NCBI GenBank assembly: GCA_964016885.1
Contig: OZ024741.1
Location: 113,956,001 to 114,020,000, forward strand
Origin: Eledone cirrhosa
Taxonomy: Eukaryota
Direction of reading: 5' to 3'
DNA: 64,000 bases
Both the position numbers and the translations under genes were made by a program. Numbering within the stretch: the first letter of the stretch is position 1; every line of letters begins with the position of its first letter. Positions 36,849 to 47,665 of this stretch are shown piece by piece. The notes under the pieces are model-generated. The model was given only the letters and a program-made list of their open reading frames with translations, was not told the DNA's origin and searched no databases.

Positions 36849-39222
36849 AATGGAACAATAAGGTAGATGAAGCAGTCAAGGCCAAGAGACAGGCATGGAA
36901 AGAATGGGAGAACGGGGGGAGCAGGGTACATTACATAGAGACCAAGAGGGAAGCTAGGCGACAAGTATACTTAGCTAGGAGGGAAGCAGAGGATAGAAAA
37001 TTCAAGCATGTTTTACAACGTGAGGACCAGAAACAGGAGGTATTCAAGATTGCGAGGCAGTGTGTCAGAGATAGTTGTGATGTCATTGGAGAGAAGTGTA
37101 TCCGGAATGATAAAGGTGAGCTTGCCCTCACAAGTGCTGAGAAGAAAGATGCATGGAAGAGTCATTATGATAGATTACTAAATGAGGAGAATGCATGGGA
37201 AGAAGAGACCCTACCCCACGTAGACCCTATAGAGGGACCAGCAGTACAAGTCAGCGGCAGCGTAGTAAGTAAGGCAATCAGAGATATGAAGATAGGGAAG
37301 GCAACCGGTCCATCGGGTATAGCTGCCGAGATGCTGAAGGCATCTGGGTCTGTAGGTCACACTATAACCACACGTATCGTTAACCAGGTAATACTAGAGG
37401 GGGCCATACCAAAAGATTGGTGCAGTAGCATCATTGTCAACTGCTACAAAGGTAAAGGCGATGCACTAGATAGAGGAAACTATAGAGGTATAAAGTTGAT
37501 GGACCAGGTCATGAAAGTAACAGAAAGAGTTATAGCACAGCTGATTAGGGACCGGGTGAATATAGACGAGATGCAATTTGGGTTTGTTCCAGGGAAAGGC
37601 ACCACTGATGCGCTCTTCCTTGTGAGGCAATTACAGGAAAAGTACCTAGCTAAAAGTAAGCCACTCTACTTGGCATTTGTCGACCTTGAGAAAGCCTTTG
37701 ACAGAGTTCCACGTGCAGTAATCTGGTGGGCTCTTAGAAAACTAGGAGTAGATGAATGGCTTGTGAAAGCGGTACAAGCCATGTATAGGGGAGCAGTCAG
37801 CAAAGTTAGGATTGGCAATGAGTATAGCGAGGAATTTAGCGTACAGGTTGGGGTCCACCAGGGCTCTGTTCTTAGCCCTCTCCTGTTCATCATAGTCCTG
37901 CAGGCAATAACGGAGGAGTTTAAGACCGGATGCCCATGGGAACTCCTGTATGCTGATGACCTCGCACTCATAGCTGAATCTATGGTAGAACTAGAGAATA
38001 AATTCCAAACCTGGAAGCAGGGACTAGAGAGAAAGGGCCTCAAAGTCAACATGACAAAGACTAAGGTCCTTATAAGTAGACGAGAAAACAGAACCCAGAT
38101 CCCCTCAGGGAAATGGCCTTGCTCAGTATGTAGGAAAGGTGTAGGTAGGAACTCCATTCTTTGCCCCAAATGCAAACAATGGGTACACAAGAGATGTAGC
38201 GGGATCTCAGGAAGCTTAATTAAGAATGTAGGATTCACATGCAGCAGCTGTGCTGAAACAGCAAGCAAACAGCCACAGGAAACAAGTACCACCAATCTCT
38301 GGGAGGGCCCTGTAGAAACAGTAGACAGCTTCTGCTACCTAGGTGACCGAATTAGCAACGGAGGTGGGTGCTCAGAAAGTACAATAACTAGGGTAAGAAC
38401 GGGATGGAAGAAGTTTAGGGAACTACTACCACTGCTAGCTGCAAAAGGCTTCTCCCTCAGAATGAAAGGCAGACTGTATGATGCGTGTATCCGAACAGCG
38501 ATGTTGCATGGTAGTGAGACCTGGGCGCTGAAGGTGGAAGACTTACGTAGATTAGAGAGAAACGAAGCCTGCATGCTCCGATGGATGTGTAACAGTAATA
38601 TACGTGAACGACAAAGCATAAATGAATTGAGAGAGAGACTGAGCATAAGAGGAATCAAATGCTGCGTGCAGGAGAGGCGGTTACGCTGGTATGGACATGT
38701 GATGCGTATGAAGGATGACAGCTGCATAAAAAGGTGCAGAGCACTAGAAGTTGATGGAAACCGCGGAGTGGGGAGACCCAAGATGACTTGGGATGAGGTG
38801 ATAAAAGCCGACCTTACCCAACTACACCTCTCAAAGTCAATGACACACGACCGTGACTTCTGGCGTCACGCAGTAATACAGGGTACCCGACCTCCCATGG
38901 GTACATGCTGAAGCATATAAACAATATGCCCCCCCCCCCCCCCACCGCAAGGTGGTCGTGGAGGTGCCACGGCAAAAAAGCACCCAGCCCACACTGTAAA
39001 GTGGACGTGTAGGCGCCACGAAAAAGCACCCAGCACTCACTGTAAATGAGGTTGGTGTTAGGAAGGGCATCCAGCTGTAGAAATCAAGCCAGATCAGTTC
39101 CTGTATGAGCAAGGCATGGTCAGCCGACCAGACACTGCCCACAACAGGACAACCCGTCTAACCCATGCTAGCGTGGAAGAACGGACGTAAAACGGTGATG
39201 ATGATGATGATGATGAATGGAA
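36849..39222 (+). mobile_element. Young 5'-truncated RTE-clade non-LTR retrotransposon (RT + 3'UTR + (GAT)n tail), with candidate 7-bp TSD AATGGAA
   Basis: One open frame runs from 36851 (WNNKVDEAVKAKRQAWKEW...) through ORF 37286-38911. The 3'UTR ends ...GGACGTAAAACGG(TGA)n at ~39215. AATGGAA occurs at 36849-36855 and 39216-39222. No APE endonuclease domain is present (truncated). Confidence 0.95.
36851..38911 (+). CDS. RTE-type reverse transcriptase reading frame (N-terminally truncated) with inserted PHD-like finger
   Basis: Non-LTR RT motifs: KATGPSGI, YKGKGD..NYRGIKL, QFGFVPGKGTTDA, AFVDLEKAFDRV, GVHQGSVLSPLLF, LYADD, GLKVNMTKTK, FCYLG. RTE C-terminal motifs: RRLRWYGHVMR and GRPKMTW. The 145 codons upstream of the annotated Met are in frame and stop-free. 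Confidence 0.93.
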   Translation, partial: WNNKVDEAVKAKRQAWKEWENGGSRVHYIETKREARRQVYLARREAEDRKFKHVLQREDQKQEVFKIARQCVRDSCDVIGEKCIRNDKGELALTSAEKKDAWKSHYDRLLNEENAWEEETLPHVDPIEGPAVQVSGSVVSKAIRDMKIGKATGPSGIAAEMLKASGSVGHTITTRIVNQVILEGAIPKDWCSSIIVNCYKGKGDALDRGNYRGIKLMDQVMKVTERVIAQLIRDRVNIDEMQFGFVPGKGTTDALFLVRQLQEKYLAKSKPLYLAFVDLEKAFDRVPRAVIWWALRKLGVDEWLVKAVQAMYRGAVSKVRIGNEYSEEFSVQVGVHQGSVLSPLLFIIVLQAITEEFKTGCPWELLYADDLALIAESMVELENKFQTWKQGLERKGLKVNMTKTKVLISRRENRTQIPSGKWPCSVCRKGVGRNSILCPKCKQWVHKRCSGISGSLIKNVGFTCSSCAETASKQPQETSTTNLWEGPVETVDSFCYLGDRISNGGGCSESTITRVRTGWKKFRELLPLLAAKGFSLRMKGRLYDACIRTAMLHGSETWALKVEDLRRLERNEACMLRWMCNSNIRERQSINELRERLSIRGIKCCVQERRLRWYGHVMRMKDDSCIKRCRALEVDGNRGVGRPKMTWDEVIKADLTQLHLSKSMTHDRDFWRHAVIQGTRPPMGTC

Positions 39223-39378
39223 GATTCTGTTTTTATTATTGACTTAAAGAAAACTTTTGTATCTATTAGAGAAGAATTAATGGGAATATTTTAGTGTATT
39301 TTCAATACATAACTTGAAGTATGATTATGTCTCTCAGGTCAGAGAACTTGATATAAATGTGTATATATATATATATAT

Positions 39379-39489
<111 letters not shown>

Positions 39490-42400
39490 CATATATACAT
39501 ATATACATACACAAATGCATAATCATCATCACCGCTTAACGTTTATTTTCCCTGCTTGCATGCATTAAACAGCTAGCACATGCTTAGATCAGACTGGTCA
39601 AGTGATTAGTTCCTGCTGTTCATACTTGTTTTGGCTTCTGTTCTATGGCTGGATGCTCTTCCTAACACCAACTAATTTACAGAATATACTGGAAGCATTT
39701 TATTGCGACTTTGACACTACCACCTTATAAGGTGGACTTGGTGCTTTTTGTCATGGTACTAGCACTACCACCTCACAGGGTGAACTGGGTGTTTTTTAAT
39801 GGCACCACCACTATTTCATTACAGCACTAGGGTTCTCAGAGTGCATGGTTGTGTTGGGGGGGGGGGGTGACTGAGGTACTGACATTGTATTATTGGGAGG
39901 GGGTCATGGGGGTGCCCAACATCCCTTGGTAGCCAAAAAAGGGGGAGGCATTTATATACTGTTTGGGGTAAGTGGTAGGGTTGGTGGTGATTGTCATTTA
40001 GCATGTGTCAGACTTTCCTGGGTTGAGAAAGTGTTGCAAGGGTTCAGAATGGGAGGTGAATCCGTAAAGGTTCCTCTGAGAATTCCATGTTAGCATGGGT
40101 TGGGTGAAGAAATCACAAGGATATTGGTAGAGGAGGCTTTGAACTTAAGTTGAAAAATCAACATTAACTCTTTTAATACCAAACTGCCAGAAATCGCCCT
40201 TGGTTTTATGAATCAAAACTGTTTATAAACTTCCTATCAAAATTTTATGTAAGAATCATTGTTAAGTGGTTTTCCAAACATCAACTTATTAATGAAAAAA
40301 CTTAGTTATTTTATTAAATCTCTACAGATTTGAGGTCATTAAAAAAATTTATTTGAAAACCATAGGCAATGTATTTCATTCAAAACATTGTAACAAAATG
40401 GTTAAAGTGTTTATAATTATCTAAAAATCTTCCATCATAAATTTATATAAGAAACTTTATATTCCAAATACCAACTAAATAATGAAGAACAGTTAATTTA
40501 TTAAATCCCTACAGATTTAAGATTATTTAAAAAATTATTGGAAAACTATAGGCTATATATTTCATAAGAAACAACATGGTAACAAAATAGTTCAGTAAAG
40601 ACTTTTGGGCCATATAAGGTTATGAAAAATGAAAATTCTTTTATAGCTTTTGTTTCATTTATTTTTCTCAGTGAGTGTGTTATGTTATGTTACATAGAAT
40701 GATGAATTGATTTTCTGATGTAGATGTTTCTTTAATTTGTATTAAAATGTAATACTCCACCCAACCAAAATCTCATTAAGAAATATAGATAATCTTAAAG
40801 TAATATACACATACATATATAATAAATATGTATGTGTGTGTGTGTGTGTATGTACATGTGTAAATGTGTGTGTTGAAAAAGAAGCTGTCAAGTTTTCAAT
40901 ACAATTTTCCTCAAAGATAAATTGAAACACACACACACACACATATATATATATAAATAAATATATATATATACATACATATATGATATACATATATATG
41001 TGTGTGTGTATGACTTAAGCACAACCATAGACACAAACCACAGCATTTCATACATGTAAGCTGTATATAAAGAGAGTGAGACCTGAGCGTCATAGAGGAT
41101 TAGGAACACACAGTGGCACACGCACATATATAGCCAAACATACACACACATACACAACCACACACACCATACCGTCTCGCATACATACAAACATACATTG
41201 CCTCACATGCATACACACACACACTCACACGCAGAGCTACATACATTGGTTACACTTAGAACATTTATTAATTGACATTACAATATATGTCTAAAGTTAT
41301 ATAACCTGCCTGAACCCCTACAGAAAAAGCTTGAATAGTTTCATCATCATTATCATCGTGGATTGGCAGTATTGGTAGAGGGTCGGACGCCATGCTCTCC
41401 AGCATAGTTACGTCCCTTTACGATCTGAGTTCAAATCCCGAGGTTGACTTCGCCTTTCATCCTTACGGGGTCGATAAAATAAAGTACCAGTAATGCACTG
41501 GGTAATTGCTAGCCTTGTGCCTAAAGTAGAAACAATTATCATCATTGTTTAACATCTACTTTCCCTGCTAGCAAGGGTTGGGTGGGTCTACATAAACCAA
41601 GTCAGTACTGATGCAGGGCTACTGACCTCCCAGACATATCAAAAAGTCTGCATCTTCTGTATAGTTATATGGGCTATTGGTGCACAGGAGAGGTTGTTAT
41701 GTATTTTGATACAAACTAAAGGGTCCACCCAACCCTTGTTTGGCAAGCTTTCTACAGCTGTATATCCTTCCTAAGAAATCTTCAGATCATCATCATCATC
41801 ATCATCATTTGATATGTCTTCCTGCTAGCAAGTATTAGACAGGTCTTCATGGATGACTCAGTAATCAAGAGGAACCATTGAATTCTTTGAATGGGGCATA
41901 ATGTTGCTTATATACATTCCTGCATTCTATGAAGTACATTTTATTGTGGCACCAGCACTATGGAGGTTATTATGTCTTTGGCACGACTGAAGAATACTCA
42001 CAACCCTTTCTGACAGGTTTTCTACAGCTTAATGCCCATCCTCTCACAAACCACTTTACATATCATACTGAGTGTGTTTATTGTGTAGATCACCAGCATT
42101 AAGGAGGCTGTCATGTCTTTGACACAGCTGAAGTGTCCTCTTGACTCTTTTTGGCAAGGTTTCTACAGCAGGATGACTTTCCTATTACTAACCACCTTCA
42201 GAGTTAGAGCCAAATTTCCTCATCTGTCTCTCCCTATTTCTGTCATCATTTGTGTCATCAGAATGTAATGTCAGACTGTTGTTCTAATATAATTCTATTT
42301 TGATACCAATCTGCTTGAAAATGCTCCTGATTCTATGATACAACAGTTTCTATATAAAAAAATGTTATTCATAATTTTATGTGAGAACCTTTGTTAAGTT

Positions 42401-43019
42401 ATGTTCTAAACAGTAGGTTGATTATTTAAAAAAGATATTTGAAAATCAGAAGTAATGTCTTTTATTAGAAATATGGTAAAGAAAAGGTTAACCATATATT
42501 TGTGAAAAAGGGAAAAACTGCACCAGATGGTTTTATGTATGTCTAATCTATTTACAGCCCTAGAAACTTGTAAAATTCCGTTTATTTATCCCTGATAGAT
42601 ATATTACAAAATCCCTCCATTTTCTTCATTAAGTTCAAAATTGTTTGAACATAATAGACAGTGTCTTTCATTAAAATTATAACAAAAGAGTTAAGATGGT
42701 GTTTGGAACATAACTAAGTTCTTACATGAAATATGATAGAAGGTTTTTGGATAAATATAAACACTTTAAAACAAACATTTTACAGGGGGTGATTTCAGGC
42801 AAGTCCATATATATATTACTCTATATTTACTATTATATTTTTGCAGTAGAGGCTTTATCTCACATAATTATTTCACATAATATTGAATCTATGGGATTTT
42901 GATATTATTTATTTTGAGAACAATAACTTAATGTCAGTATGAGGGGCTGGTTACAGCTGGTTTGAACAGAAAGAGGTGAGAGATTCTGGCCGGATACGGC
43001 CGCTTTAAAAGCTAAGGAG

Positions 43020-43215
43020 TTAAAAATGGAACAGAATATTAGACAATACAGTCCTAGATATATTGTCTGAAATAATTTTTGGGAGATAAATATGCACACT
43101 TTAAAAAAAACATTTTATGGATAGAGGATTCAGGTAATTCGGTATTAAAGGGACTTAAAAATGGAACAGTATATTAAACAATGGAGTCCTAGATACAATT
43201 TGTCTGAAAAAATAT
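43020..43215. repeat. Local ~135-bp-period direct duplication
   Basis: TTAAAAATGGAACAG.ATATTA.ACAAT..AGTCCTAGATA..TTGTCTGAAA at 43020 and 43156. Confidence 0.7.
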
Positions 43216-43474
43216 GATCAGAGTTGGATCAATTTTTATCTTAGGTTTACAAGATCACGATAGACCTGGGGTTAAACAAACGAAACCATACCACATATAT
43301 CTACACTAGAAAATAGATGTAATATAACGTTAAAATGTTAAATCGATCAATTTATATTGAGATATTCAAATTTACTGAAGTGTGAGTGGAAATATATTAA
43401 ATTGGTAAAGTAATAAACAAAAACAATATCTAGAAATGTATCTTATATATACACACACATGCACCATTATATAT

Positions 43475-43480
43475 ATGTGT

Positions 43481-43560
<80 letters not shown>

Positions 43561-43838
43561 GTGTGTGTGCGTGTGTGTGTGTATTATATATGTATATATG
43601 CATGTTATATGATCATCATATATCCACTATATATATATATATATATACACAGCAGATATATGATCATGATATACATGTATGTGTGCATGTGTGTGCATAT
43701 GTACATATATATATATATATATATATATACATACACACACACATTCATATATAAATATATATATATATATATCACCATCATCATAATTTTACGTCCGCTT
43801 TTCTCGGCTTGCAAGGGTGGGACATATATATATATATT

Positions 43839-43910
<72 letters not shown>

Positions 43911-44002
43911 CATCCACACAGCCATATACACACACATACATACATATGAATATATATATATTTATATATATTTATATGTATATATATATATGTGTGTGTG
44001 TG

Positions 44003-44040
<38 letters not shown>
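43475..44040. repeat. (GT)n/(AT)n/(CA)n microsatellite cluster
   Basis: Seen directly in sequence. Confidence 0.95.
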
Positions 44041-44041
<1 letters not shown>

Positions 44042-44599
44042 TGATATACATATCTGCCTGAGTGCATATACAAATGAGCATACACACATTTAAACATATG
44101 AAAACAGATGCACAATGTATATAAAAACATATAAAACAAACAAAAAAACGTAAGTGAAATTTGAATTAGATATCTCAGTTTCAGATGGCGATAGCAATAA
44201 CTCTGACAATAACAACAGTAATATTGATAAACTTATACTTTTCCAGAAACAAAAATGGAGTGAAATATTTTTTTTTTTTATTTCTCTTGGAAATTTTTCT
44301 GAAAAGAGAGGAAATACTCTGTGTCTTTCTGATATGTTAAATGTTCCAGACAATAACTATGAAATAAAATTCTAAAATACCAGGAATTATTGGCAATCGT
44401 CAATTTTTTTTTTTTAATCTTTTTCAGCCTGTGGCATTTAAGACATTTAGGGGAGCTAGGTGAACATGATTATCAAATGTGCCATAGCTTATGTTCAAAA
44501 TTCCCTCGATTTTGGATCTCATTCAGGGTGGATGGGAAGAAGCCAGATGTTCTTACCCTTCACCTCTGAGTAAGAGGTAAATAACTCATTTTGGCACCC

Positions 44600-44925
44600 T
44601 GATTAGTGACTTTTTTGCTCTCCTGAACATTGTGGCAAGGGTGAGAATGATTGGCTCTGTAGCTGAATGGTATAAAATTCTAAACCGGCAGGAGTTATTG
44701 ACAAACCTTTTTTTTATCACTGCGTCATTCAAGAAGTTTGGGGGGAGCTGGTTTGCTGACAATGAAGTTATTATCATCATTAGAGGCTTGCTTACCAAGG
44801 TATCATGTAATGCTCCTGGTGAAGGTACTAGGTTATTCCAGTACCTTAGCCTTGCCATCACCTCCAGCAATTCTGCAAATGTGTTGGTTTGCCTAAAAAG
44901 AAAAGCTCCAGTGTCCCTTGCATGA
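44600..44925 (+). pseudogene. CRE-like RLE C-terminal fragment (different family)
   Basis: FITASFKKFGGSW...RLFQYLSLAITSSNSANVL resembles F.P...E.LG.W...LFQRLS.AI.RGNA. Confidence 0.5.
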
Positions 44926-45049
44926 TTGTATGTGCTGGCCTTCTCTCACCCCACCTTTTTTCACCCACACACCACACCCCCTAATTTTGTTTTCTTCTCT
45001 TTTTTAGTATTTTATATATCTGCATAGTCTTATTCATTATATAAATTTT

Positions 45050-46933
45050 ATGGACAATGTGATACTACAGAAACAATCTGTTATGCAGAATATACACAAA
45101 CTGAAAAAGATATTTATGGTCTTTTACAAAGCCAGGTATTGCCATAAATATCATAATGGGTATTATGAAGCTGCCTACGATTAAAAACTACTGAAATACC
45201 AATGAACTCTTTGGGTCCCCACTCGTTGCCAGTATAATAAGCACAAACATGATTTTTAAAACTCTTTTAATACTTCCATATACACAAAACTAGTAACATT
45301 GAAGACTATAATACCTTATTTCAAATAAGGTACCTTCTGGACAGTGTACAAAGGAAATTTAACTTTTATCAGGAAAAAGACTAACCATTGATAAAGAGAC
45401 AGTAGGGTATAAAGGCTGGGTAGGTTTCAGACAAACCCACAAAATGGTGGATGAAAGATTGAAAAATTTGCAAGTTATGTACTGGGTACTGCTGTGGATT
45501 TATGTTTACACAAAGAACAAAACAGTGGTTTTATCGGTATAGCCTAGGGTACAAAGTGGTCCAGAAATGATCACTTCCATTTTATATATTATACTATACT
45601 TCACTGATTTTTCAATTTGGTTAAACTTGTGGTGGATCTAGAAGCTTTAGAAACATATGCAAGCCACAGTGAGTGCTAATAGAAAAGAATTACCTTTAGT
45701 CATTAAAATATGCAAAATTTAGAAAAAGAAGTGATTTTCAATAGCAGAAAAGAAATTTTCTAGCAATTTCATACAGGGACTTCAATTACAACAGCTATAT
45801 GGGTGGCGTACATTGGTTGAATTAGATGATGAGCTAATATCCAGTGTTGGTGATATATGAATATTATAAATGCTTTATTACTATATACTAAATTGTAAGG
45901 ATCTCAAAAGTGTTGAGACCATTTGCATTTTTTAACAGACATAGCAATGCAGTTAACGAGAGGATATTCATTAGGCAGAAAGGCAAAAGCATGATAGAAA
46001 GATATTCTTCTAAATCCATATGGTTTACATAAAATAGAAAACGTTAAAAAAAGTCAATGGTTGCAAAAAACAGTGCTGAGAATGCCAATATCGAAAAAGG
46101 AAAACTCTCCATGGATGGCCAATTGAAACAAGTTTCTATGGTGCATTCTGCAAAATTGCATTATCTAGAATAGGTTGCTTTACAATTTCTCATGAAAGAA
46201 ACATGATTTAATTTGTGAATATGTAATTCAATTTTTTTTAATATTTCAAATTTATTTTATTTTTTATTTTTTAGTTTATTTTGTTGCAATTTTAATTTTT
46301 AATTTACCTCTAAGGTGGGTGACATTATGATTAATGAATCATTGTTGTGTGTATGTATGTGAAAATTTATTTCATTTTGTAGTTTACTATGTATGTATGA
46401 ATTTATTTCATCTTGCAGTTTAGTGTGTGTGAATGTATTTCTGTATGTGTGTATGTCTATGTGTGAATATATTTCTGTATGTGTGTATGTCTATGTGTGA
46501 ATATATTTCTGTATGTGTGTATGTCTATGTGCGTACATAGAAATTTATTTCACTTTGTGGTTTACTTCAAACATAAATTGTAGTATATTACCTTTATGGT
46601 ACACCTGTTTTATATACACACAAGTTCAATTCTGTTTTATATGCAGCTGAATATTGACTAATAATTCATTTTATATACTGATTGTCAAATAAAATTTTAA
46701 TAATTTTACATTTTATGGAACTTATATAATTTACCTGTAAGTAGAGTAGTTTTGAAGTAAATATTGTGAAATATATTCATTTAAAAACTTTTAAGTTATG
46801 TTCCAAAAACTACATCAATATATTAATAAACAAAACATTATAGTTGTTTTATGAAACCAGGCTAAATTCTTGATTATTTTAGAATTTAATTGAAATATGA
46901 AGTCTTATTATAAATATAGTAGTGAAAGGGTTA
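45050..46933 (+). mobile_element. Decayed piggyBac-like transposon (transposase pseudogene plus right end)
   Basis: Broken-frame motifs IMGIMKLPTIKNY(W), LTIDKETVGYKGWVGFRQ..KPTKW, TGYCCGF, TV.ANRKELP and YNSYMGGV, with a C-terminal ET..FCKIAL...CF...H. The segment ends ...GTGAAAGGG-TTAA at 46933. Confidence 0.75.
46427..46530. repeat. 34-bp minisatellite x3
   Basis: TGTGTGAATATATTTCTGTATGTGTGTATGTCTA repeated three times. Confidence 0.85.
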
Positions 46934-47239
46934 ATAAAAAAGAAGCATTGTATAATCTGCATAAAAATGGATTGAATGGATTGTGTTAAAATGAAGTTTA
47001 AATCATTTATGTTCAGTGGAGGTGTTTGGCCTAAATGATTAGGGTGTTAATTAAGTCATGGGTGTGATTACCAGATCAGGCAGTGCATTGTATTCCCCAG
47101 CAATACATCTCATTTCATGTTGCTTCTGCCCACTTAATTGAAAAATGAGTACCAGAAGTAGTAGTTGGGGGTTAACTCCATCACAACGGACTAGTGTCCA
47201 ACCCAGCGGGAAGTCTTTTTATGAGAGATATGGGGCCAC

Positions 47240-47665
47240 TATCATTAAAATATTCAAGAAAACTCTTATGAGATGCAACCTTGTAGGAGGCCTGCTAACA
47301 ACAACATTCTAGAACTGATCTTTATCCTTAAAATACCCAATGCAACCTCGAAGGAAGCCAGCTACACAGAAATAGGTGTGAGTTGTAACAACAATAACAT
47401 GATATGACAGAAATCTGCATCATTAAACAGTCAAAAATGAGATGTGACTTCATAGAAGGCCAGCTAAACTTATATGTGAGCTGTAATAACAACATGAAAG
47501 GACCGATATCCATGTCATTAAAACAGACAAGAAACCTCCTATGAGATGCAACCTTGTAGGAGGCTAACTAAACTTGCTGTAATAACAACATGATAAAACT
47601 AAGATCTGTATCATTAAAACAACTGAAAAACCTCCTAGGAAATGCAAACTCATAGGAAGTATGAT
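47240..47665. repeat. Degenerate tandem repeat (~5 units, 80-100 bp)
   Basis: Recurring TCATTAAAA...ATGAGATGCAACCTTGTAGGAGGC...TAACAACAACATGA. A reverse-complement unit lies at 48335-48445. Confidence 0.75.

Noticed and set aside
37666-38781. Antisense ORFs of 209 and 148 aa (and 4175-4849, 3812-4135)
   Set aside because: Shadow frames opposite the RTE RT. They recur only because the LINE copies are near-identical, and no domain is recognisable.
47240-47665. CRISPR-like repeat/spacer appearance
   Set aside because: Eukaryotic context, degenerate units whose intervening parts are also homologous, and no cas genes.
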